DNA of 63,953 nucleotides, filler included, from Tortispora ganteri (taxonomy: Eukaryota), in NCBI GenBank assembly GCA_003707115.1. It is 21 parts of 21 records of this genome, joined end to end, with 100 filler letters (N's around TTAATTAATTAA, not from the genome) between each part and the next. Parts side by side here need not be neighbours in the genome. Positions count along the whole stretch, not along the records: positions 47,318 to 50,089 come from PPNB01000115.1; positions 50,190 to 52,955 come from PPNB01000116.1; positions 53,056 to 55,789 come from PPNB01000117.1; positions 55,890 to 58,608 come from PPNB01000118.1; 17 more parts are not named here. One strand, written 5' to 3'. Below are positions 47,318 to 58,708 of the stretch, in pieces (within the stretch, counting starts at the first letter, position 1; the number at the start of each line of letters is the position of its first letter). The translations under genes and the position numbers were made by a program. A model generated the notes under the pieces. It ran no database searches and was not told the origin of the DNA. It worked only from the letters and a program-made list of their open reading frames with translations.

Positions 47318-49694
47318 TGCTTTGTCGTCTACTCCAAGCAGTCTATCTTTTGCTTTGTCGTCTACTCCAAGCAGTCTATCTTTTGCTTTGTCGTCTACTC
47401 CAAGCAGTCTATCTTCTGCTTTGTCGTCTACTCCAAGCAGTCTATCTTTTGCTTTGTCGTCTACTCCAAGCAGTCTATCTTCTGCTTTGTCGTCTACTCC
47501 AAGCAGTCTATCTTCTGCTTTGTCGTCTACTCCAAGCAGTCTATCTTCTGCTTTGTCGTCTACTCCAAGCACTTTATCTTCCGCTTTGTCTGCTGCTCGT
47601 TTATCAAATCAGTCATCTGCCTTTTTCGCTCCCACTTCATTGACTTCTGTTCATTCATCGAAACATTATTCGTCTCTCGCAAATACTTCTTCTACAAACT
47701 CTCTAGATCTTTCTGCTTCATCATTTATTGAAACTCTGAACTCCACTACTAGTCTGGTTTCTTTGCTTCCTACCCCCAGCACTAACGTTGTATCCACGAT
47801 CCATTCACAATCAGCGAGTTACAACACTAGCGAAAACATTCCTTTGGACATTTCATCTGCCGCCATACCATCTTTTGCTGCTCTGTCTTCAACTGACACT
47901 CTAAGCATTTTATCGTCTACTTTATATACCTCAGTTTCATCTACTTCGACATCTACTGGAAAAGAAGTGGTACCTACTCCTCTTTGCGATTGTAATGCAA
48001 CAAGCAGTGTCGATGTTGTAGCGGCTAAAGAAGTGGTTGGCTTAACTTACGACGTCACTTGGCTTTTGACGCTCTCAGAAGAGTATAATCCGATGGATGT
48101 TTGCCAGGTTGATTTGCTTGAACCAGTTACCGAAGTGTTGTTTGCCTTTGAAACTACAGGAATAGCTGATATTGCTGATTGTAATATCACTAAACGTGTT
48201 GAGTGCGTTGAGAAAGAAGGTGTTATATATGCGCCTAAGATATCTGTTCGGTATACGTTCTTCAGCGGTATAGTGATAGATTTGACTTCTGGATGTGAAG
48301 GCGGAAGCTATGCTGGTCCTTCCTACTGTTGGAAAACAGACGAACAAGACACAGATACTCTTTCTTTAGAGCTTTTATCTACTACAGTGCAAACGGATAC
48401 AGCTACTTATAGTTCTTACAGTTCTTATAGGTTTAAGACAGATGAAAATGTTCAAAGTAAACGCGATACTTCTTCTGAACACGCTGCATCATTTGTTACG
48501 AATACTATTGCTACTACTGCTAGCTCTTTTGGTCCACTGATTACACATACTGTCATTGAATCATTGCCTGTTACTATTGCTACAAAATGCGTTTCGGAAA
48601 GCTCTATGTCATCTGACCGTTGGATATATGTATGTCCTACTGACTGCTACATTCCTACTACACTACTCTGCGATTGCTCTGCCAGTCATGATACTACATT
48701 GAATGTGCATACGTCAACAGCGACGACGGAAAAAGTCATCTCTACTAAGGCTACTTTGACTGGAATTAGTACTGATGTACCTGTGACAACGCATACTATT
48801 ACCACTAAGCTACCTCCGACAATCGCTACTAGTTGTGTATACGAAAGCTCTATATCAACAGACCGCTGGATATATATTTGCCCCACTGATTGTTATATTC
48901 CTACCACGCTGATTTGTGACTGTTCTGATACGGAGACTGAATTGCCCCCGACTGAACTGCATTCGGCTACTTACGTATCTTCCGTCATTTTGACAACCGA
49001 GAGCACGAAACATGAAGAAACAGTCCCGGTCACTTCCAAGACAACGACAAGCCAACGACACACTACTCCAACGGTTATAACGACTGCCAAAGGTGTTAGT
49101 TCTGTGCCTTTGAAGACATCCACGGTTCATGTGCACAGCACCGAAACAGTTACTACTCATACTGTGACGACGAAATTGCCTCCCAGTATAGCCACTAGCT
49201 GTGTAGATGAAACTTCCATTACTTCAGACATATGGGTTTATGTTTGTCCGACAGACTGCTATATCCCTTCTACGTTAATTTGTGACTATTGCACCTCATT
49301 TGATACGGAAACTTCACCGACAAATCATGGGAAAACTAAAACCGAAACAACCGCGGTTATGAGTACTACTAAATGCGAAGATTGTACAACGGTTTCGGAC
49401 ATTACGCCCATACCCGTGACAGTCACAAGCATGCACGCAGAAGATTCAATGGGCAAGAGCTACTCAGATACAACTACAGTCACATTGACCAGATTTTTGA
49501 CTCACGGAGTTTCTTCACAAGTTACATTGACACAGAAGGTGGCGACCTCGACTACTACAGGATTTTACTTCTATAATACTGCCAATAGCAGTGATACAGT
49601 CACAGTGCCGTATTTCGGTGCAGGATGTGCAACCATTCCGAACATTTTCATTATATCGCTTTGCGGAATTATATCGTCTCTCATTTTATTCTAA
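47318..49694 (+). CDS. GPI-anchored mucin/adhesin-like cell-wall protein, 5'-partial
   Basis: 33-bp SSTPSSLSSAL repeats, a Cys-containing globular segment, three WIYxCPTDCYIP repeats, hydrophobic C-terminal GPI signal. Confidence 0.85.
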
Positions 49695-49775
49695 TATATG
49701 TGCATTGAATTATAAATATTATATTCTATTCGATACTATACCTGTAAAGAAAGCCAATTGCTCTAGTAGTAGAAA

Positions 49776-50089
49776 TTACTTCTTTCCCTGAGCAGCGACG
49801 GCCGCAGCACCAGCAGCAGCGGCTTCTGGGTCAAGATAGTAAGCAGGCTTGACAGGTTTAAAGCTGTCGTCAAGCTCATAAACCAAGGGAATACCTGTAG
49901 GAATATTAAGCTTAGATATTTCTTCGTCAGAAATGCCATCGAGGTGTTTGACCAAAGCACGAAGAGAGTTTCCATGAGCAGCCACCATGACAGTTTTGCC
50001 GGCTTTTAAATCAGGAATAATTTCGGCTTGCCAATAAGGAAGAAGACGATCTATGACAAGTTTTAGAGACTCAGTCTTGGGAAGCTCGG
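49776..50089 (-). CDS. GPM1: Phosphoglycerate mutase, C-terminal part
   Basis: [51 protein letters not shown]. Confidence 0.96.
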
Positions 50090-50189
50090 NNNNNNNNNNN
50101 NNNNNNNNNNNNNNNNNNNNNNNNNNNNNNNNNTTAATTAATTAANNNNNNNNNNNNNNNNNNNNNNNNNNNNNNNNNNNNNNNNNNNN

Positions 50190-50680
50190 GTCATGGTCTT
50201 GTCCATTGCGATTTCAATGAGTTTAATATCATGATCAGAAACGGTATAGACGAGAACAATATTCCTCCTGAAGACCAGTTTATTGTCATAGATTTCCCTC
50301 AATGTGTTTCTATTAATCACTCAGACGCTGAACGCTATTTTGATCGTGACGTTGCATCCATCCGAAGATTCTTTCAGTCGCGACTAGGGTTCCATTCTGA
50401 ATCGTATCCGCGATTCACTGAGGATGTCGTCCGAAAAGATGACATTGACGTCAGAGTTGAAGCTTCAGGCTACAGCAAAAAATCTGTCAAGGAATTTGAA
50501 CAAGCAATGGCTTCTTTGCGCGAAAAAACTGATGCTGATTATGAGTGCGAAGAATCATATGAAGATGAAAATCACGATTTCAACGACTCTGAGAATGACA
50601 ATGATTACGAATCCGATAATGACGAACTTGATACCGAATCTACTGCATCTAATGTTTCTGAATCTAATGTTATCTCATGA
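50190..50680 (+). CDS. RIO2: Rio2 3' part, second allele
   Basis: Near-identical to 19990-20480. Confidence 0.95.
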
Positions 50681-50697
50681 CCAGTTAATATTCATTA

Positions 50698-52491
50698 TCA
50701 TTGATGTACCCTGTGCGCTAAAACATCCTGTAGTTCGTTTAACGTAGCATTCATATCCGCAGGCCCAGATGTCGGCGTCACTGAGTGCACTCTCACAGTT
50801 CGCTTCACGGGCTTTATCATTCCAATTTGTGGTCCGCTAACTGCTCTGGAAGAACCTAATGTCTTCTCAATTGATGACCAAGATTGCTCAAATTGTGTTT
50901 GATCTACGCCTCGAGTGTTCCTGACACTATCTCCATCGTCATTGAATGTTCCAATGAAAGGTGAGAATGTTTCTGAGCCTGTCACAGAGGTCGAGGACAT
51001 CAAACTTGGCACTTCATAGTCTTCCGACTGACAATACGCATTACCACTTTCAGAAACAGAGCCATGGTCTGCATCTTTCGTTTGGACAAACCTCTGGAGT
51101 TGGTCTCGTCCTTTCCTCCACTCAAGCAACAAGGACTCAATATCCGTGGATATCATATCATAGTGTGCCAACAATTTCTCGGCTTTCTCTAAAGTATCTT
51201 CATTACCCATTAAGCTTTGTAGTGTTTCTTCACTCGCTAGACGTAATCTCGCCTCGATGCTATTCAATCCTCCAGAAACTGCATTCATGGCGGCTGTATG
51301 TTTAAGCAGCATATCAGATTTAGGCTTGCTTGCAGATTTCAGAGACTCTTGGATAATTTTCTGCAGATTATTGTCATAGTTGTAAGCGTCAAACATTGAA
51401 TTAACTGCCTGGCCAATAAGATTAGACACTTTATCTGTTTCTTTAGTGACGGAAACCCAGATTTCACGATCTTCGTTTTTGCCAGTAGCCTTTAAGGCTA
51501 GAAGTTCGCATATAAAAAGCTTTCTAGCAATAAATAACTTAATGAATCGCTTTTTTAGAGAAGATATAGAGGTAGATGTGTGTTCAGTTTCGGGATCGCC
51601 AATTGATAGCGCAGTGAGCTCACGTTCATCGACCTTATAGAGACTGGTGAGTGTTTTCAAAGAAAGAGGGTCACAGAAAGGTCGGATATACTCGCAGCTT
51701 CTGCATATTTGCGGAAAAACAAGCTTTAATGTAGCATCTATTGAATCCCTCAGATAGCTACAGTGTGCGTTCCGATCGATTCTGTCAATAGGCGGAGCGC
51801 GATAGCCGGGAACAGCGCTTTTGTACCCTTTTGAGTAGAGTTCTGCTTCTTGCACAATGCGTATTGACTTTGTTATCGAATAATCAAGTATATTAGAGTT
51901 ATGTACAAGTCGAGATGCAGCCTGAGCGGCATAAGTGTATAGCTGCCGCAGCTCACGTCTGCGAGAGTGAGCGTAAAAGGAGATAGCAACGCAGAGTGAC
52001 ACTACTAATAATGCGAGTTTCTTATCGTTAGATTGAAGCTGGTCGGTTTTTGAGGCCCAAGTTATAACAACACCTATTAATATTATGTAACCTGAATGGC
52101 GCAGTGTGAATGTGATTGTCTGATAACGAGGAGAAAAAAGGGGATCATGGGACTTGAATAGAGAAGAAGCGGCCCAAGTTATTCTGTCATCGAGGAGTCT
52201 GCTTCCGATAAGAGAATATCGAAACCGATCTGTCAGTTCCTGAGCTTCTGATGCGCTTATCTCGCGTGATATTGCCTTACGAAGAAGAGTTGTGAATCGA
52301 TCTTTTTTTAGCGTGGCTGGATCTGAAAGTGTTAAAGGTCTTAGAGACTTGCTGGTAGGAGCGAAGTTCTTTACGGGGACGAAGTCATCCTTAAATCTTA
52401 TTGATGCTGGTTCTATTCCCCAATTCTCAATACCGCTGTCTCGTACATAATCCGCCAATGGAGAATCGTCAAGGAAAACGGGATTTTCCAT
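50698..52491 (-). CDS. Vezatin-like gene, second allele
   Basis: Two amino-acid differences from 20498-22291. Confidence 0.7.
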   Translation of the reverse strand: MENPVFLDDSPLADYVRDSGIENWGIEPASIRFKDDFVPVKNFAPTSKSLRPLTLSDPATLKKDRFTTLLRKAISREISASEAQELTDRFRYSLIGSRLLDDRITWAASSLFKSHDPLFSPRYQTITFTLRHSGYIILIGVVITWASKTDQLQSNDKKLALLVVSLCVAISFYAHSRRRELRQLYTYAAQAASRLVHNSNILDYSITKSIRIVQEAELYSKGYKSAVPGYRAPPIDRIDRNAHCSYLRDSIDATLKLVFPQICRSCEYIRPFCDPLSLKTLTSLYKVDERELTALSIGDPETEHTSTSISSLKKRFIKLFIARKLFICELLALKATGKNEDREIWVSVTKETDKVSNLIGQAVNSMFDAYNYDNNLQKIIQESLKSASKPKSDMLLKHTAAMNAVSGGLNSIEARLRLASEETLQSLMGNEDTLEKAEKLLAHYDMISTDIESLLLEWRKGRDQLQRFVQTKDADHGSVSESGNAYCQSEDYEVPSLMSSTSVTGSETFSPFIGTFNDDGDSVRNTRGVDQTQFEQSWSSIEKTLGSSRAVSGPQIGMIKPVKRTVRVHSVTPTSGPADMNATLNELQDVLAHRVHQ

Positions 52492-52757
52492 TGTGGTTGT
52501 AGTGGTGGTTGTTTAGTGTAAACAAGCCAGAACCGCGGTTAAAGTCCCAAAAAAGTAGCTTAGAAAACGAAATCATGTGGGGAGTAACCTTGTCAGCTAA
52601 ACACCATTCACGACGCGTACTGCGCAGTTGTACTTATCAAATTAATACGATTTATCTCTGTTAAAATAATATAAGACTGAAGAACAATGATCAGAACAAT
52701 ATATCACCTTGAACATATACCCCAAGCTGCGGTAACGCAAATGTGACGAACGCGCAC

Positions 52758-52955
52758 TGTTGGAGAACTACCCGAATAGGGTAATGTAGCTTAGGGTTTT
52801 GAGCGCAATGAGAGAAACTACGTGTAGATACGTGAAGTATTAGAAAGAGGTAAACCTTGATCAGTAATAAGATCTGGGCTAAAAACCTCTTGTCGTACAA
52901 TATTCTTGATAATGTAACTGACTTAACAATGCAGATGTATTGCACTGCAGGGAAG
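52758..52955 (-). mobile_element. Ty1/copia LTR, 3' (U5) end; insertion absent from the allele at 22556/22557
   Basis: 197/198 identical to 23828-24025; starts exactly where identity with contig 19990-23089 stops. Confidence 0.96.
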
Positions 52956-53055
52956 NNNNNNNNNNNNNNNNNNNNNNNNNNNNNNNNNNNNNNNNNNNNT
53001 TAATTAATTAANNNNNNNNNNNNNNNNNNNNNNNNNNNNNNNNNNNNNNNNNNNN

Positions 53056-53386
53056 GAGGGTGGCCGAGAGATCAAGAGAGGCCTTCGAGAATATCAGCAC
53101 AGGTTTGATGACGATCTGCGATGGCAAACCCGAAAGCGCTTCGTGCCACATCTGATAAGACCTCGGCCACCCTCTTTGACTGGTACTCTTCTACTGTCTC
53201 TCACATCTTTTTGGATATAACGGACGAGAACGAGACTCCGTTCCTACCCGGCCATGGCGGGGGTTTTATATATACTGTATTACCATTTCGGGACGTCACG
53301 TGACTTGTGCTGTATTTCCGTTTCGGGACGTCACGTGCTTATGATTATTCCCAATTCGGACCGTCCCAATCGGGAAATTATCTACA
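53056..53386 (-). mobile_element. Probable LTR of a second retrotransposon family (partial)
   Basis: Minus strand starts TGTAGATAA, then a duplicated 17-bp enhancer-like unit with CACGTG, TATATATAAAA, and a 13-bp inverted repeat; the contig breaks inside it. Confidence 0.5.
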
Positions 53387-53504
53387 CTCTATCTTATCCA
53401 TCTAATCTCCGCTATCGCCGAGATTAGTCTCCATTCCCCTTCAATTCTCTCTACTCCCGTCCCCGCACTCCTTGAAACAATCAATTTATAACTACAAATA
53501 TAAA

Positions 53505-55789
53505 CTAGAGAGGAAACTCGAAATGAATGTCAAAAAAGCTCGAGTATTCACTGTAGACCACAAATCGCAACGGCGTCCACCCCTCCGACAATGACCGATC
53601 AATAGACCAAACGGCCCTTGACCCCAATGCGTGCACGAGTTTCCATCCACCGCTTCCGATTGCCTCTATGTCCCCGCACCTCATCCCGCTTTCCCCAACA
53701 AACATATACGCTAAGTAAGGGGAAGGGGGCCCATAGACAGTATTTATCCCGTTCGGTCCCTGAACATATACCAGCACCTCTGTCACTGCATTTACATTAT
53801 TGTAGGGGATACGTACATAACGCTCAACAATATCCGCGTCAACCTCGCTGAAATTCCCCACCCGGTACTTCCCATCGGCTACCTCCGTTTCATTGTACTC
53901 CCTAAGGTCCACCGCCCACTCTCGCGCCAGCAGCGTCTGTGAAGGTTCGCACTTGCAAGCGTTTGACACCACTCCACAGCTGCTGCTACTCGAGGCGCTA
54001 GAACTCCACTGAGCTGAGCTGGATAGGCTCGAACTGACACTCGAACTAGAACTGGAACTCAAACTAGAACTCAGACTAGAACTCAAACTAGAACTAGAAC
54101 TAGAACTAGAACTAGAACTAGAACTAGAACTAGAACTAGAACTAGAACTAGAACTAGAACTAGAACTAGAACTAGAACTAGAACTAGAACTAGAACTAGA
54201 ACTAGAACTAGAACTAGAACTAGAACTAGAACTAGAACTAGAACTAGAACTAGAACTAGAACTCAGACTAGAACTGGAACTCAAACTAGAACTCAGACTA
54301 GAACTCAAACTGGAACTCAAACTGGAACTCAAACTAGAACTAGAACTAGAACTAGAACTAGAACTAGAACTAGAACTAGAACTCAAACTAGAACTAGAAC
54401 TAGAACTAGAACTCAAACTCAAACTAGGACTAGAAATTGAACTCGAATTCAAACTAGAACTAGACCTAGAACTAGAACTCAAACTAGAACTAGAACTCAA
54501 ACCAGAACTAGAACTAGAACTGCTTAACACCAATGAAGATCCCACAATTCCAGACGAAGAAACTGTCAATCTGCTAGAGTTGGCCGTCGATGTCAGCAAG
54601 ACGCTTGAGTTGCTGTAGATCGAAGATGGCAAAGCACTCGAGTTGCTGTACATCGATGTTGTCAAAGCACTCGAGTTGCTGTACATCAATGTTGGCAAAG
54701 CACTCGAGTTGCTGTACATCGACGTCGGCAAGACACTTGAGTTGCTGTAGATCGAAGATGTTAAGACACTCGAGTTGCTGTAGATCGACGATGGCAACGC
54801 ATTCGAGTTGCTGTACATCGACGATGGCAAAGCACTCGAGTTGCTGTACATCGATGTCGGCAAGACGCTTGAGTTGCTGTACATCGAAGTTGATAACACG
54901 CTTGAGTTGCTATAGATCGACGATGGCAACGCACTCGAGTTGCTGTAGATCGAAGTTGTTAAGACGCTTGAGTTGCTATAGATCGATGTTGGCAAGAGAC
55001 TCGAGTTGCTGTAAATTGATGATGGCAAGGCGCTCGAGTTGCTATAGATCGACGATGGCAACGCACTCGAGTTGCTGTAGATCGAAGTTGTTAAGACGCT
55101 TGAGTTGCTATAGATCGATGTTGGCAAGAGACTCGAGTTGCTGTAAATTGATGATGGCAAGGCGCTCGAGTTGCTGTACATCGACGTCGGCAAGACACTT
55201 GAGTTGCTGTACATCGACGATGGCAAAGCACTCGAGTTGCTGAAAATCGAAGTTGGTAAGACACTCGAGTTGCCAGACGAAGTTGTTAAGGCACTCGAGT
55301 TGCTGTACATCGAAGTTGATAACACGCTTGAGTTGCTGTAGATCGACGATGGCAAAGCACTCGAGTTGCTGTACATCGACGTCGGCAAGACGCTCGAGTT
55401 GCTGTACATCGACGTCGGCAAGACGCTTGAGTTGCTGTACATCGAAGTTAATAACACGCTTGAGTTGCTATAGATCGACGATGGCAACGCACTCGAGTTG
55501 CTGTAGATCGAAGTTGTTAAGACGCTTGAGTTGCTATAGATCGATGTTGGCAAGAGACTCGAGTTGCTGTAAATTGATGATGGCAAGGCGCTCGAGTTGC
55601 TGTAAATTGATGATGGCAAGGCGCTCGAGTTGCTGTACATCGACGTCGGCAAGACACTCGAGTTGCTGTACATCGAAGATGGCACGGCACTCGAGTTACT
55701 ATAGATCGATGATGGCACGGCACTCGAGTTGCTGTAGATTGACGATGGCAAAGCACTCGAGTTGCTGAAAATCGAAGTTGGTAAGACAC
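53505..55789 (-). CDS. Ser-rich adhesin-like protein with 11-aa NSS repeats, poly-Ser and a C-terminal PA14/GLEYA-like domain; 5'-partial
   Basis: (LPTSMYSNSSA)n as in 26359-28680; C-terminal AYMFVGE..MRC....IGSGG...WTPLRFVV resembles the domains in 3-965 and 39151-41362. Confidence 0.78.
54045..54522. repeat. Coding hexanucleotide microsatellite (GAACTA)n, encoding poly-Ser (TCT-AGT)n
   Basis: Perfect run of roughly 29 units at about 54088-54264 with degenerate flanks. Confidence 0.95.
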
Positions 55790-55889
55790 NNNNNNNNNNN
55801 NNNNNNNNNNNNNNNNNNNNNNNNNNNNNNNNNTTAATTAATTAANNNNNNNNNNNNNNNNNNNNNNNNNNNNNNNNNNNNNNNNNNNN

Positions 55890-58213
55890 GCAGTCTATCT
55901 TTTGCTTTGTCGTCTACTCCAAGCAGTCTATCTTCTGCTTTGTCGTCTACTCCAAGCAGTCTATCTTTTGCTTTGTCATCTACTCCAAGCAATCTATCTT
56001 CTGTTTTGTCGTCTACTCCAAGCAGTCTATCTTCTGTTTTGTCGTCTACTCCAAGCAGTCTATCTTCTGTTTTGTCGTCTACTCCAAGCACTTTATCTTC
56101 CGCTTTGTCTGCTGCTCGTTTATCAAATCAGTCATCTGCCTTTTTCGCTCCCACTTCATTGACTTCTGTTCATTCATCGAAACATTATTCGTCTCTCGCA
56201 AATACTTCTTCTACAAACTCTCTAGATCTCTCTGCTTCATCATTTATTGAAACTCTGAACTCCACTACTAGTCTGGTTTCTTTGCTTCCTACCCCCAGCA
56301 CTAACGTTGTATCCACGATCCATTCACAATCAGCGAGTTACAACACTAGCGAAAACATTCCTTTGGACATTTCATCTGCCGCCATACCATCTTTTGCTGC
56401 TCTGTCTTCAACTGACACTCTAAGCATTTTATCGTCTACTTTATATACCTCAGTTTCATCTACTTCGACATCTACTGGAAAAGAAGTGGTACCTACTCCT
56501 CTTTGCGATTGTAATGCAACAAGCAGTGTCGATGTTGTAGCGGCTAAAGAAGTGGTTGGCTTAACTTACGACGTCACTTGGCTTTTGACGCTCTCAGAAG
56601 AGTATAATCCGATGGATGTTTGCCAGGTTGATTTGCTTGAACCAGTTACCGAAGTGTTGTTTGCCTTTGAAACTACAGGAATAGCTGATATTGCTGATTG
56701 TAATATCACTAAACGTGTTGAATGCGTCGAGAAAGAAGGTGTTATATATGCGCCTAAGATATCTGTTCGGTATACGTTCTTCAGCGGTATAGTGATAGAA
56801 TTGACTTCTGGATGTGAAGGCGGAAGCTATGCTGGTCCTTCCTACTGTTGGAAAACAGACGAACAAGACACAGATACTCTTTCTTTAGAGCTTTTATCTA
56901 CTACAGTGCAAACGGATACAGCTACTTATAGTTCTTACAGTTCTTATAGGTTTAAGACTGATGAAAATGTTCAAAGTAAACGCGATACTTCTTCTGAACA
57001 CGCTGCATCATTTGTTACGAATACTATTGCTACTACTGCTAGCTCTTTTGGTCCACTGATTACACATACTGTCATTGAATCATTGCCTGTTACTATTGCT
57101 ACAAAATGCGTTTCGGAAAGCTCTATGTCATCTGACCGTTGGATATATGTATGTCCTACTGACTGCTACATTCCTACTACACTACTCTGCGATTGCTCTG
57201 CCAGTCATGATACTACATTGAATGTGCATACGTCAACAGCGACGACGGAAAAAGTCATCTCTACTAAGGCTACTTTGACTGGAATTAGTACTGATGTACC
57301 TGTGACAACGCATACTATTACCACTAAGCTACCTCCGACAATCGCTACTAGTTGTGTATACGAAAGCTCTATAACAACAGACCGCTGGATATATATTTGC
57401 CCCACTGATTGTTATATTCCTATCACGCTGATTTGTGACTGTTCTGATACGGAGACTGAATTGCCCCCGACTGAACTGCATTCGGCTACTTACGTATCTT
57501 CCGTCATTTTGACAACCGAGAGCACGAAACATGAAGAAACAGTCCCGGTCACTTCCAAGACAACGACAAGCCAACGACACACTACTCCAACGGTTATAAC
57601 GACTGCCAAAGGTGTTAGTTCTGTGCCTTTGAAGACATCCACGGTTCATGTGCACACCACCGAAACAGTTACTACTCATACTGTGACGACGAAATTGCCT
57701 CCTAGTATAGCCACTAGCTGTGTATATGAAACTTCCATTACTTCAGACATATGGGTTTATGTTTGTCTGACAGACTGCTATATCCCTTCTACGTTAATTT
57801 GTGACTATTGCACCTCATTTGATACAGAAACTTCACCGACAAATCATGGGAAAACTAAAACCGAAACAACCGCGGTTATGAGTACTACTAAATGCGAAGA
57901 TTGTACAACGGTTTCGGACATTACGCCCATACCCGTGACAGTCACAAGCATGCACGCAGAAGATTCAATGGGCAAGAGCTACTCAGATACAACTACAGTC
58001 ACATTGACCAGATTTTTGACTCACGGAGTTTCTTCACAAGTTACATTGACACAGAAGGTGGCGACCTCGACTACTACAGGATTTTACTTCTATAATACTG
58101 CCAATAGCAGTGATACAATCACAGTGCCGTATTTCGGTGCAGGATGTGCAACCATTCCGAACATTTTCATTATATCGCTTTGCGGAATTATATCGTCTCT
58201 CATTTTATTCTAA
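55890..58213 (+). CDS. Second allele of the GPI-anchored mucin, 5'-partial
   Basis: Near-identical to 47318-49694 with variant repeat units. Confidence 0.85.
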
Positions 58214-58294
58214 TATATGTGCATTGAATTATAAATATTATATTCTATTCGATACTATAACTGTAAAGAAAGCCAATTGCTCTAGTAGTAGAAA

Positions 58295-58608
58295 TTACTT
58301 CTTTCCCTGAGCAGCGACGGCCGCAGCACCAGCAGCAGCGGCTTCTGGGTCAAGATAGTAAGCAGGCTTGACAGGTTTAAAGCTGTCGTCAAGCTCATAA
58401 ACTAAGGGGATACCTGTAGGAATATTAAGCTTAGATATTTCTTCGTCAGAAATGCCATCGAGGTGTTTGACCAAAGCACGAAGAGAGTTTCCATGAGCAG
58501 CCACCATGACAGTTTTGCCGGCTTTTAAATCAGGAATAATTTCGGCTTGCCAATAAGGAAGAAGACGATCTATGACAAGTTTTAGAGACTCAGTCTTGGG
58601 AAGCTCGG
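58295..58608 (-). CDS. GPM1: Phosphoglycerate mutase C-terminal part, second allele
   Basis: Same protein as 49776-50089. Confidence 0.96.
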
Positions 58609-58708
58609 NNNNNNNNNNNNNNNNNNNNNNNNNNNNNNNNNNNNNNNNNNNNTTAATTAATTAANNNNNNNNNNNNNNNNNNNNNNNNNNNNNNNNNNNN
58701 NNNNNNNN

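Noticed and set aside
16754..50680. Apparent three RIO2 copies and duplicated IML1, PDI and GPM1
   Set aside because: Overlapping contigs and allelic haplotigs rather than gene family expansion
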